Assembly: GCA_040954595.2 (NCBI GenBank)
Contig: CM082582.2
Span: 12,607,777 to 12,671,776, forward strand
From: Balanoglossus misakiensis
Taxonomy: Eukaryota > Animalia > Hemichordata
Direction: 5' to 3'
DNA length: 64,000 bases
A model generated the notes under the pieces. That model made no database searches and was not told where the DNA came from. It worked only from the letters and a program-made list of their open reading frames with translations. A program made the translations under genes and the position numbers. Below, one piece after another: positions 23,795-37,000 of the stretch; position 1 is the first letter of the stretch; each line of letters opens with the position of its first letter.

Positions 23795-26575
23795 ACGCAA
23801 CAACAGAGGAAAAACACTTGCCATCAAAACTTGATGAAACCTTATGATTTTGGAAGTCAAAATCTTTCATAGTGAAACAAAGCGAAGTTGATTTGTCTGG
23901 CATCAGTCTGAAGGCTGATACTTGGGTGATGGCACTATTGAAACAATTTTTATCCTCATTCTATCATTCAGTGTTTTATGGGATCATTTTCTGGATCTTA
24001 TGTAAAATCAACCCTTCTTCTTGAAGGAGCCATAGATACACTTTTATTAATTGTCACGTAGAAACAGTTGATTTTCAGTGTTTTACTCTATGGTTGACAT
24101 TATTTTCTTTTACTACAACTTCTTTTCTCCCGTCATTTCTTGTGTCCGTATATTCTTGCTGTGTTCACTGTTAAAAAAGCTTCATGAACAAGCTAGGGTG
24201 ATTTTACTTTTTAGACCTATCAGGCTCCCAAATTAAGTCATGCATTGAATGTTTGACAGAACCTATCATCAGGAATAAAAAAAACTTTAACTCAGATACT
24301 GGTGTGTCGAAGTCCTAGCCTTATTTTATGCAACCAAACTACCCTGATGGGAACATCTGGTTAGTGTTAGCATAATCTATAACTGCGAGCCGTTCTGATT
24401 GGTTATTTGACAATTGGCTTGTACCCAGGTGCTGGGCTTATATGTAAATTAGTCTTCCCTTCATTATACATGAAGCCCCTTTGCATGCATGTCAGCATGG
24501 GCAGGTCTACATCTACTCGTGATTTCTGCAGCAAATGACAGTGCAGTTCCTATCAGCCCCTGGAAACGTCATAATTAGAGGTAAGACTATTTTCCTCATG
24601 TTTATATCTACCTCTTCGAACAGCAGAAGTTTCATGCTATTGAAGCTGAAATTTATGACCATTTCAGTGGTTCAACTTGGACGATGACAAGGCATCTTTG
24701 CTCAAAGCAGCATGGCCGCCGTTGGCTTTGCAGCCTTTGCAATTATGTTGAACTGTTTTCCGTTCAAGATTTACAACAACAGAGTGAAATTATTTCTGTC
24801 AGTTTGAAGGGGTTTACAGTAATGAATGCCTCATACACAGTGAGAGCTTAGTTTTCTTGAATGTTAGAAATTTGATGGGGTTTCAGTGAAGTACTTGATA
24901 GGTAATTTGCAGTTACTTTACTCAGAACTGCATACAATCTCTTATGGGTTCAAGTTCACTGTATACACTAGTGTGTATTCATCAACTCTACCTCATTGGA
25001 CTTGATTTGGGAATTGATTGAGCATGTGTGCGCATATCTAGAATGTCTATCAAGAAGTTCATAGCCATAGAATTTAAGATTTTACAGTTACCATATCCAT
25101 GTAGTGCTTTGGTTCCTACTGGCAAAATATACTAGTATTTCGATTGTAATTTTGAAAGAAGCAAGATGCTATGCAACATTCTATACTAGGTTGATTTCAA
25201 TTTTGACAACCAACACACATCCAAACCACAAAAGTCAACAGACTTGAACGAAAATGATGATGATATACCAACAATTTTTATTTCAAATTTGCGCTATGCC
25301 TGTAAAGACATTAACATTTGTAGTAAGTTATGAAGCTCTGATGAAAAAAAAAGCAGATGTTTGATATTCATAACATAAAGCAAATAAGGCAAAACTGGTC
25401 TATGCCAACATTGACTATTAAACTGTGATGTCAATGTGCTTTGACTGCTTCAGCACTGTGTCTTGTGGTACCCAAACATGGCTATAGAGGGCACCATGAC
25501 GCCTGAAACAGAATCAGATTTTAGGGAAAACAGACAAAAATACAATATACTTTTTTATTACACTTTTTTACATATATAATCTCTGCCATGTTTCTAGATA
25601 TACGGGGCAACATAAAGTTTCAAAGATTTTCCAGTTGATCAGAACTGATAATTAAAGACAAAAAGATTTTTCCAAGACATTTTATTGGGGATTCTCTGTC
25701 CAACACTTTCTGTTTATCAATACTGAAATCTTTGCAAGCTCGTCAAACACTTCACTCAGAAGTTCAGAACCACTCAATGTTGCCATGTGTTTACTCATGA
25801 GTCATCCACGTCATGGACGAGTCTGAATATTGCTTAGTGATCATCATAACATGACATAACATCATCAATCCTTGTAAATATATATTAACTTCTGTGTTCA
25901 ACTGTGGCAGTCCTTGCATTTTCCACAAAAATAAACACTGACCTTTAAATTTAATAATTTGTAAATGAGTTACAATAAATCTAATTTTTAATGCTGGTAA
26001 GTCATGTGATGCCAACAGCCAGAAGTCATGAAATGAAAAAAAAATATTACTTTCATAAGCCCTTCTACCATCTGGGTGCAAAATCAATTTAAAAAGAAGT
26101 TAATCTGGCAAAATTTCACACATGGTTTCAGGTCCATACATAATTCTACCAATAAGATGATATACCATTATACCCCCCCCCCCCCCCCCCAGTACATTTG
26201 TAATCATCATAAATTGATTGGCATGTCTATACCTTGTACCTTATGCAAGTGGGCTGCAAATTGAATTTATTCATTCGTAAAAAGTGGCTGCACAAAATTC
26301 CAAGTCTTGGCTTGCATCATGGAGATTTCAGAAGAAACAAAATTGTTATGTGAAGATAACCTACAAGATTCTATCAGTAGAGCAGCATAGTAATGTTCAA
26401 TCTTTTTCCAAATTTTTATTCTCTTATCAACCCCACAAGATGTTCATAAATTTGTGTTGTGTCAAAGGCAAGACGCCAACAATATCTGTCTGTCCAGTAT
26501 TATGAAGTTTCAGTGACGTTATCACCAATAATTTTGGAAGTCCTACAACTGTAAGTTGCTTCAATAGTCCGATTT

Positions 26576-28693
26576 TCAGTTGGGGAATTCCGGTGGACCG
26601 TGTGGTATGAGCGAGGTGAAAAATGTCGACACAAAGTTCCAAGCAGTTTCCATGACACCAGGCTGTGGTTCCTGATTGCTATCGTCACTATCATCAGTTC
26701 CTGTCTGTTCAGTGGCCACATCGTCATCATTGGAACTCGTCTCCTCCTGTGGCTGATCTTCTGAGGGCGGAGTTTCATCTGGTGAATCTGTTGGTGATGC
26801 GACTGGTTGTTCTTCCTGTGGTGGTTCCTGGGCTTGAGCTGGTGGTGCACGGCTATTCCTTCGAATCTGTCTCCTACGAACTCTGAACCATCCTCCTTGA
26901 TAACTGGAAAATACAGCAATCACACAATGTAAACCGTCGCCACAACCTTAATTACATTCTTCTCTTGCTGCTTTTTTCTGGGAGTATCATCAACTCAACA
27001 CAAGTTATTAATAGTAAACCAAAACACAATCATAGCAGGTAACAGAGTAACACATTGAAAATATTGTACAGTACTTACAGATACATCAATGCAACAAATC
27101 CCATGACTAGCAGGAAACGGTCGATGGATGAATAGAAATACACAATGCTCAGAAGTAATCCAAATCTGCAAAACATATAAACATAGTCCAACCAATCCCG
27201 ATTCATCTCCTCCTCGTCATCATCCATTGGTGGTCCACCAACACCTGCATTCATTCGCACGTTTTGATTGGCCGGCTGGTTGTTGGCTCGGTTTTCATTG
27301 GCCTGTTGGGGTTGTGGGGGTGCAACATTCTGATTTGGCTGTGGTTCCTCCACTGCAGTTTCTGGTATTTGCCCCACTCCACTCTGGGACATGCTGCAAA
27401 GTACACACATACCATTATATTCTTATTTCAATTTCCAAGCATGTACGCACATATACTGTACACATGTACAAATACGTTGAAGATATCAGTATATTGGATG
27501 AACCCTAGCTGCAGGACTTGACTACTCATAGGAACAGGGGTCAAATATATTGTAAACCTACGTCACACAATTGTACTTACTAATGCATGTACTGCGACAT
27601 ATGCTGCATATACATGTGCTGCATCCACATGGCTTGATGTTGCTGCTGCTGGTGATGGTGGTGGTGATGGTGTTGATATTGCGGCATGTAATGTGGCACA
27701 TTGGCCTGCTGGTGTGGCTGCTGATATTGCATCATCATGTTAAACCTGACCGTACCAGCAAAAAAAAAAAAAAGAAGACTTGCAGTTAAAGTTAGATTAT
27801 TGTGTAAGGCACTGATTGGTTTAAATATGTCACATGACAAATATTTACATCTGGCATTCATCATCTCTTACAACCTTGAAAACTCTAATTCCGTGGATAT
27901 AAATTGCATGTACTCACATGAACGGGTTGAATGGGTGGTGTGCTTGCTGTTGCAGCTGGGGTGGTTGCTGCATCCCATTACCTTGTGCATTTGCCACATT
28001 TCTGTGTCTCAGATGGGTTCCATTATCACTGGCTGTCGGATTGGAGGTATTGTGGTTCGAGGTGCCATTCCCATTCCCGTTCCCATTTCCCGCAGTCATA
28101 TTAGCTACACTCGTGGCACACACTAAGTGCACAGTGTGCGCATTGCATTCTTCATACTGTTGAAGATTAAATCATGAAAACCATAAGTTATAATAATTAT
28201 ATACTGCTTACAATATGAAATTCTAATAATCATTGTAAAAGTTGCCAAGACATGTACATGTATGTTGTCTTACCTGACGCAGAATATCTTTCAAAGCCAA
28301 ATGGTCGTGTAGAAGTTTCCCAGAATATATGATTTTTTGGTCTTTTTCGGGCTGAAAGAAAATGGTAACACAGTTATGGCATTAAAGAGACTGTCAGAGG
28401 ATGACTGAGCCATATACGAATGCTTCCTTTCCCCCTAGGAATGTTGTACATGTATCTTGACCTTATGTTGTGTCAAAAATGCAAATTTATAAAAGATGAC
28501 ATCTGAATCCTCATTGTCAAGAAGGCACTGGTAGAAAGCATTAGTCTGTACTTACCGGTTTATTTGGGTAAACATTCGACAGATGACTTTTAAGCTTTCT
28601 CACTGTCCATCCAGCTACGCACTCTACTGTCTGATCATCTATTTTCTGGTTAGGTGCTTTGACTACTAGTGTTATGGTTTGCAAAGGGTCCAT
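26576..28693 (-). CDS. HERPUD: HERP/HERPUD ER-membrane ubiquitin-like-domain ERAD protein; exons 28693-28556, 28351-28274, 28156-27918, 27745-27581, 27393-27079, 26903-26576 (about 420 aa)
   Basis: N-terminal UBL (ITLVVKAPNQKIDDQTVEC..WTVRKLKSHLSNVYPNKP..QKIIYSGKLLHDHL.LKDIL..HTVHLVC), HLRHR, MNA..GPPM.DDEE..NRDWLD, SIVYFYSS..RFLLVMG and the C-terminal TAWNFVSTFFTSLIP..PP are all typical of HERPUD1/2. Total 1263 nt in frame. Confidence 0.93.
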
Positions 28694-29689
28694 TATTTTG
28701 GTGCCTTATATCCGGGTACTGTATGCAAGTGACCGACGATTGATGATGTGTCAAACAGTCTCTTCTATTTTTCTCGAATGCCTTGTCGGACGTCTTTATG
28801 TACTACTTGTACTTACAAATGCGATGAACACCAAATAATCTGTCGTGGGTTGGTATCGTTGATTGTAAGGCTCACTCTGCTAGGAAAATACCAGGGTCTT
28901 CGTAGCATACGTAACGCAACGTCGGATATAAATATACTGCTTCCGGTAAACAATCGGACGATAAATCTGGTCAAAGCTTGATCCTGTGTATCTCAGAACA
29001 CCAGAAACCAGTCGTAAATATCCAAAGTGTCGGTAGACAACGAATGTATCTTAATATGCCTCTTTTACTCGTCAGCAGACAGCGTATTCATCAGCTCGAC
29101 ACAAAACAACACCTAGTCCATTACACCACAAACCACCCAGAAAGATAATGGCAGCTGGTCACGTGACCAGCTTTTACCTTACGATTTTTTGGTTGATAGG
29201 GCGTTCTCTGATTGGTTGGATCTTGTCGGGAATTTTCGGAAACCTCCCGAACTAAAATTCACCTCTCCTGAGGTTATGGCTGTAAAAATTATGACAATCC
29301 CTCCAATCCCATGCTGTACTAGTCTAGTTCCCTATTGTATGCGCGGTCATGCTGTAAAAATTCAGAAATGCGGCAAGGACCAAGGTCAAAGATCATAACA
29401 AACGTCAGTGACTGACATAGGGGGTATTGCGTCCGGAAGTGATTTCTTTGCAGGTCACCTAGGGGATCATTGATGACCGCTATATGTAGATTTCTATGGT
29501 CTGATCGATAATTTTGGTACCGTTATATGCATATTATGTAGTGTTGATTATCGTGCTTGACCTTAGGAGTTCGGACACTTCCTATTCTTTCCGGGCCATA
29601 TGTGAGTTCTTCGACGCGAAATTGCAGTAAATCATAACAATTCTAACCTCGGAGAAGCAGACAGCGAAGGTTTGATTCTCTTCGCCAAG
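28694..29689. promoter_or_regulatory. About 1-kb divergent promoter region shared by HERPUD and LPCAT
   Basis: The ATGs are at 28693 (-) and 29690 (+). The region has the 20-bp palindrome AGCTGGTCACGTGACCAGCT (29153-29172), an ETS-type CCGGAAGT (about 29434), CTTCCGG (about 28940) and ATTGG (about 29211). Confidence 0.65.
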
Positions 29690-32600
29690 ATGAGCGAACG
29701 ATCGAACCCCAAAATCCCTCGACAAGAGTCGTTAATGGTGCCCCTGGTCCAGAACCCCTTCGTGCACAAACTGAATTTAACATTACGTGATAAAATTAGG
29801 GTAAGTATGTAATATTCGTGAGTTTAATTTTAGTGCTGGTGTTGTACACATAACTAATTGAACGTGAACAAGCACGTAACAAAGTGTTGTGCAACGGAGT
29901 GTCCAACAAGTTGCATCATCACATCTCAGTGACATCACTGAAATTATACACAAGCACATCAGATATACATGTATAAATTACATGGTACATTATATGTATG
30001 AAACCAAGGCCACGCATGCTATATTTATCCCTGACAACACATAGCAGACAACTGTGCCCTGCCCTTCTGCTAACTGTTTCCACACACTCAATAAACCACA
30101 GAGCAATGACACCTAACCCATAACAAGCTATACAGCTGTCTACTACCTTCTGCAATATCCAAATAAATTTTTATCTGTCTATTCTTTCAGATTGCCATCT
30201 GTACAGTGACACTTCTCCCACTGCGACTGATTGGCATCGTGGTCTTCCTGATCATTGCTTGGATCATAGCGCTCATCGCCTTGGCAGGGATCAAAGATGA
30301 AGAAATGACTGAACCCCTCTCTGGATGGAGAAGGTATGGCAGGCATTAGAGTGTCATTAACCCTTTCACCCCCAGTTCCCTCTTTAGAGGTCCATCATTA
30401 CCATAGGAAACAATGGGTTTGGACCGAACCATGGTGGTGAAAGGGTTTCTGTTCACTTCAAAGAGTTTGTTGGTGGGAAGTTGATTGGGGTCTTTCATCA
30501 CAGATGCCTGTCAGTGTCTGACTCTGATGGATGTAGTGTTTTAGCGAAATGAGTTATATTATCACTCAGTCACAGAATATAGATGCTCGGTGTAGAGCAT
30601 GTAAATAACTCATTATTTGGAAATATGCAGTGGTGTTCATGATGAAAACCCCCAGATATAGTATGTGATACAGAATGAACCAGACACACCCAATGACAAT
30701 AAAACAGTGCAATGCTGTTGATATAAATAGAATTACCAGGGTTTAAAGTAGGAGACATAATGCAAATGTATTTTTTTATTTCCATTTGATTGATCACATG
30801 TGTAATAATGACGAGGGCCACAGACAGTAAGGCCAAAAAAGAAACGGGTTTGCATGATACCAAAAGTCAGACACATCTGTTTGTAACTCAACATATCTCC
30901 TGCACCTGAAAAAAAAGGAAAATGGTCACTGCTGCATTTCCAAATAGTGAGAAGTCGCAAAATTCTTTTATTGGCCTGGGCTGATCACAAATGGAGTACT
31001 GCAGGAGGCTAGGGGGTCACCTGCATTTAAAAGAGAGAGTTCAGAATACATGGCTTTCTAGAGGTGTTTCTTTCAGATTGTGTTCCCTTCCTGATATTAA
31101 TTAACTAGATTTTTCTTACAGAACTGACTAGTGAATGTTTTTATGTGTGTGTCAAATACATGCATGCTATCTCCTTACAGAAGTTGAAGTAACACAAATG
31201 TGGTTGTACATATGCACCAATCTACAAAAGCATTTCATAACCGTCATATTTCATTTATATACAATACATGTACCATATGTCCTGTCACCTCGTTTCGTGC
31301 TTTGTTTGTTCTGTGACTTACATGCACCTTTCATATAACTCACACACACATACACATACAACACATACTCACACACACACACACACTGTCACAGAATATG
31401 CGTCTGTCTCAGATGGCGTCCTCAGCTAACCTTTACTAACCACTACTAACCAACTAACAATATCTGTGTGGATTTAACCTCAAGCTAATAGCAACACTGC
31501 GTTCCTGTAGAATAATCCCTGTAGAGATTGCATCTACTCACCTGCACATTCTTTTTGCCACCATGCAGGAAACTAATCATACCAGTTACCTTGGCGACCA
31601 AACTAGGATTCAAATGTGGCGGCTTTGAAGTCGTAGCCAAGGGTCAAAGGTCAACTACGGCAAGAGCTCCATTGCTTGTAGTTGCACCTCATTCCAGCTA
31701 TTTTGATGCCATTCCTTTCCCTATTACGTTAGGGATGCCAGCTCCAGTGGCCAAAACTGAAATTGGCGATATTCCTTTCTTCAGAAGTATGTCGTACCTA
31801 ACAGTGCAATCGTCCTCACCATTTATTTAACACACCATATTAAATGATGTACACATAAAGTGCCTCTAAAGTATCACAATAGCTGACAATGGTGTCCCAT
31901 AAAACTTCTGGCCTGGTTGCTTTTCCTTAAACAGATAAATTTCCATCAGTTAAATTTATCGTCCAACTGTTAAAAAGTAATACTGGCAAATTCTCTCTTT
32001 TTCATTTTCATTTTCCTGTCTTGTTTTAAACTTGCTCAAAACTCGTCTTTAAAGTTTTGACTGTGAATGACTTTTTTTCATGATTTCCCAACAGATGGTT
32101 GAGGGACTACCCATATTTCTTCGCTCTCAGGGCGGTCTTCTTTTCTTCTGGATTTCACTGGCTGAAATTCAGGGGCCAAAGGGCATCATCAGTTGAAGCG
32201 CCTGTGGTGGCCATTGCACCCCACTCCACTTACATTGATCCTTTAGTCGTCCTTTTCGCTATCGCCATTCCTACTGGTGTTGGACGAATTGAAACTGCCA
32301 CTACTCCCATGGTTGGAAGTACGTTTCTCTGACAAATTCCAAATGAGACAACTTTTATTACAAAACACATTTGCAAATGCTCAGTGTAAACCGGTATTTT
32401 TCAGATACCATAGTCCCCCATGTGAAAAAAAAAGATAAAAGTTAGAAAAATAAAATCTACAGGCTCAAACATTTGTTTTTGAATGTACCAGTATATATCC
32501 TATTCCAAATTGTATTAGGGGAATACAGCTGACCACATCTTAGCAGACTTGAAAAACCTTACTGCTGAATGAAGCTTTGAGCTGGATTTGCTTTCATTGC

Positions 32601-34015
32601 AGTCCTCGCAATAAAGTTGATTCATCATCGTGCACATGGAAGTCCATGTCATCTTCATTAAAGCTAATAATTTGGTCAAATCATTTGTGAGTATCATTTG
32701 TGAGTATAGCTGAATGATTGTCACCAGTGAAGCAAACAGCGCAAGCCGAGAACGCACAAAGCGTTTGCAAATGTGTCCATTGCAGTCATGTTAAAGGCAA
32801 ATCATGGTTGGATATTTATGGGCAGTCTGTTTAAGTTTGCTGAAATAATGTATCGGCCATATTTGTGGCCCAGTTTGCCTTCAACATCCAGCAAATTGTG
32901 CTTTTAAAATTGGCAAAAAAAAGACTTCTGTATTAAAACAAGAACCTGTTTGTCACCCCTGCCAGAACATTATTCACATGTATCACAGCAATTCAAGCAA
33001 AGCAGTCGCCAAATAATCGCAGAAATCATGTGCTGCATTCATTGCAAATACCATGATATGGTTTCCTCGAGAATGTTCTATTACTGACACATGAGGGCGC
33101 CATTTATATTCTAAGATGTTCAATATCGTACCAGAACTCTCCATCAAAAGCCATGGTATTAATAAATATCAGATCAATATCTAAGGATGCAACATTTTAA
33201 TGTTTTACTAAACTAACATTTTTTTAGTTTGAGAAATTTGTGCTTTTAATCTTTTTAGTATGTGTGGATATAAAATATAGCATTGAGAAATTGATGATTA
33301 TAATGTTATGATAGTTATCTATAAATATATCAAGCTTCAAGAGGCAGCATTGATTTAAAAGTGACTCAACAATTTTCTTAGCTTCTGTCATCTTTCTTTC
33401 CTATTTTTTGTTCAATTTTATTTTTACTAAGCATTAGCAAAGGAAAACTTAGCTATGTAGGCATTAGCTGGCATGGCTTTAGATTGCTTTGAATTGAATG
33501 AAATAAAAACTCCATAATCCATGCATGCTTGGTATCCTGGAATGGCTGTTTCAAATCATTCCAACTAATACATCATCATGGAAAATCCTATATCAACCAC
33601 CTTTCCCTACAAATCATCTCCAGTCTGTTTCATATCAGTTTCCTCTTCCTTTTTAATAGCATGGTGAAGTGTTGTCATGGTGTCCCCAAGAGTGTCATCA
33701 TCCTAATCTGCATTATCACTACTTCTCCAATTCATATTCATGAATGAAGTGATGACAGTGGTTGTTGTCTGTTTGTTCATCCACCCCTCCCTCCATCTGT
33801 CTGTCTGTCTGTCTGTCCAGAACACTAAAACAAACACATCAACACTGCCCGTCAATTTGTTTTGTGATGTAATCAATCATTGGTTTTCCCCATATTTACC
33901 ATATGTTGAAGTTGTTTTCCTTGTTCAGAGCTATTTCTCTTATATGCTCACAGGTCTACTGTACATCAGTTTGTTTTGTGGTGTGATCCCATGTGGTGTC
34001 CATCTCTGCACTGAC

Positions 34016-34053
<38 letters not shown>

Positions 34054-37000
34054 TTCATCTCATATTTTATCTGCATTTCAGATTTGCTGTAGACACTAGT
34101 GAATGCTGCTTCCTCTGTGCTTTATGCTTTTTTTCTTCTCCTTCTTTTTCTACCCGGCACATCTTACAACCAGAACCGTCAAGAAACTTTTAGCACAAAT
34201 CGGGCGATTTCAGTTCTTCATGATGGGTTTCCATTATGTAACCGTCAAGGGCAAGCATGCACCGTCTTCAGAGGCACCAATCTTATGTGTAGCACCACAT
34301 AGCTCCTATGTCGATAGTCTACTCCTGTTTTGTGTAGGCTTACCCAGTGTGGTATCAAAGGAAGGCAATTTGGAGACTCCAATCTTTGGAAGTACGTCTT
34401 TAAATCTCTAGTGTTGAATTTAGCATAGTCTTCTTATAATATGTTTAATATGAAGTGTTGAATCTAGATTTTTGTTGTATTCTTTAGAAAAGTTTCTTTA
34501 AATTTCTAGTGTTAATATTACCTTTCTCTGCAGCATAGTCTTCTTAATAGTAACTATAGTGTTTAAAATGAAGTGTAAAATGTAGATCTTTGTCGCAGAT
34601 AGCCGCAGATGTTAGTGGGGTCTAAAGGAAAGTGGCAATGCAGTCAAGCTGTAAACTCTCTCACTGCCCTTTGCTGACATGACTTCAGTATTAAATTGCA
34701 AATCCTGGCTGTACCATGTACGCCCTCAATGATTGAGGCAATCAGAGCTTGTTTGGATAATGCTGTAAAGCCGGTGCTGTTACAAACTGTTTGGATAGAT
34801 GTTGAGGGAGCAATTTAGTGTAAGGCAGGGAGATTCAGAGACACAAAAGGAAGTCAAGGCTGATAGAGAATGTAGTCCAGCTGTAGGTGACTCTAAGATT
34901 TGCTGAGGAAAAAGGGAGGACATCAAAAAAAATGATGTGGGTTTGAAAGGAAGCATCATTACTGGCTCAGTGGCCAGCTCCATCATTTCATTATTATAGG
35001 GTTATTATTCACAAAATAGAGCCATGTGTGAATAGGGGTTACATGCGTGAGGTATTGATATGGAGCCTTGGGCAAGTCTAATAGATGATTTTCGACCCAT
35101 TGAGAGATCTTGCAAGATTTGGTCAATTCCGTAGCAATCGGTTGCTAGCCAACAAGTTGTGCTTTGTATGAAACTAGCAGAGGTACAGTCAGTTTAACAG
35201 AAATTGTAACTTTTGTGTTGTATAACATGATGTGTCACATGTTGTTTTTCCTGTGTCACATGAGAATGTCCTCCCATATAAATTGCCTAGCCTTGCAAGA
35301 TCATGCAGGGTCTTGTGGAGTTTGGAAAATCTTTCTGTCTGTATTTAATTTTGTGTGGGCCGGCCCAAAACATAAAAAATTGTTCCCTTTGGCCAAAACA
35401 GATGCCAAAACTAATATTTCACAATTGGTAAATTTTGCTTGGGGCTAGTCCTTCCTGACTGCCAGCCATTTTCTTTGTCCCTCGAATAAAATGAAATTAA
35501 ACTGATTACATCCATAATTTAATCCGTTAAACTTTAAATCCTGTGATTAGAGTTCAGTAATAATAGTAATAGAGTTTTAAGTGGAAAAGGTTCGCCACAG
35601 GGTCATGACAAACAGGTCTCAAGAGCAGAGAAAATGTAACTGCTTTCAGTAAAATTAATTTTATACAGTTAAATTAATATTCTCGCTTTATCTGCATGAT
35701 CTTATTTCTCAAATTATGAAATTAAAATGCATGCATTTTGCCTATTTTAGACAATTTGCCATAGATTCTAGTTGTTACACTGATTTTATCAAAATGGGCA
35801 TGCCAGTCTGTCAAAATATGCGTCGCAACTGGCCAGTACATAGTGAATAAGCAACATTAATTTAGAATTTATATGATCCTGTATTGAAGTTGATTTTTTC
35901 CGTATAAATACATTCTAATGCAGAAGTTCCCAATTTTTCTAAAGTAAGGTAAGTCTAAGTGGAACTCAAATTTCTGCAAAATTTAATTTCCATTTCAAGC
36001 AAATGTAATAATTTCTGGTCAACATTAAATGAATTCAAATTGGAATTGAAGAATTAAGAAACCTGTTCTGTACCGGGTATGTTCCAAGTAAATGACCTCT
36101 CAGTCAAATCTCTCCTCTGAATTCAAATGCAGTTTCCTTTGAATGAAAAATTCAAAGTATGTAACAAAAGGAATCCAATTTTGACATTTAAATTTAATCA
36201 AGGCAGAATATGTTGAAAGAAGTTCTCATTTCAAGCATGAAAAACAGCTTTTGACTGAAGAATTACAGGCAAATCTGCTGTAAAGACGTGATAAGATTGT
36301 CCAACTCTTACAATAGCTGATTAGAACGTTGCCATGGTGATATGTACTTGTGAAATGTACAAGTCCACTCGATTTTAAATGTGGAGTGCTTCCTGCTAGT
36401 ATCATTCTTGATTTTTTCTGTACAAGTCACGACAAAATATATTCTATTGTACTCATCCCCTTTTTCCGCTATCTGTTCAAACAGCCTTGGTGAGGATACT
36501 TCAGCCAGTCTTTGTATCACGGAATGATCCCAACTCCAGGCAGAATACAATCAAGGAAATTAAACGGCGAGCCCAGTCAGGTGGCAAGTGGCCACAAGTG
36601 ATCATCTTCCCCGAGGGCACATGCACCAACAGGTCCTGTTTGATCGGTTTCAAAGGAGGTGGGTTCTTTGACCCTCCTTAGCAACCGTTGCCAGCTGTCA
36701 CTACCCCCACTGAGCCAACTCTGCTATTGATCAACTAAAAAAAAGAAATCTGAGCATCATGTCCATGTAATGACAGGCACGATGTAACAAGCAGGAACTG
36801 TAATCAGCCACCTTCGAGATCAGACGAATTTGTCTCGTGGCTATACTTTTCATATTTTGTACTAAGAATATATGCCTTCAATTTTATGTGTGTCATTACA
36901 CAGTATACAAAAGAAGCTTAATCCAAGAGAAATATGCTAGGACTCTATATTGTTCTCCAGAATTCTTGCAAGTGAGAACTATCACTGTTGTGAAAATCCA

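Noticed and set aside
28694-29250. ERSE/ERSE-II element expected from mammalian HERPUD1 promoters
   Set aside because: I found no exact ATTGG-N-CCACG or CCAAT-N9-CCACG by eye; only partial matches such as CGTGGGTTGG.
31569-34391. The three LPCAT exon-3 copies as an assembly artefact, pseudo-exons or a constitutive triple domain
   Set aside because: The copies are too diverged to be haplotype duplicates, all keep open frames, splice sites and HxxxxD, and joint inclusion breaks the reading frame.
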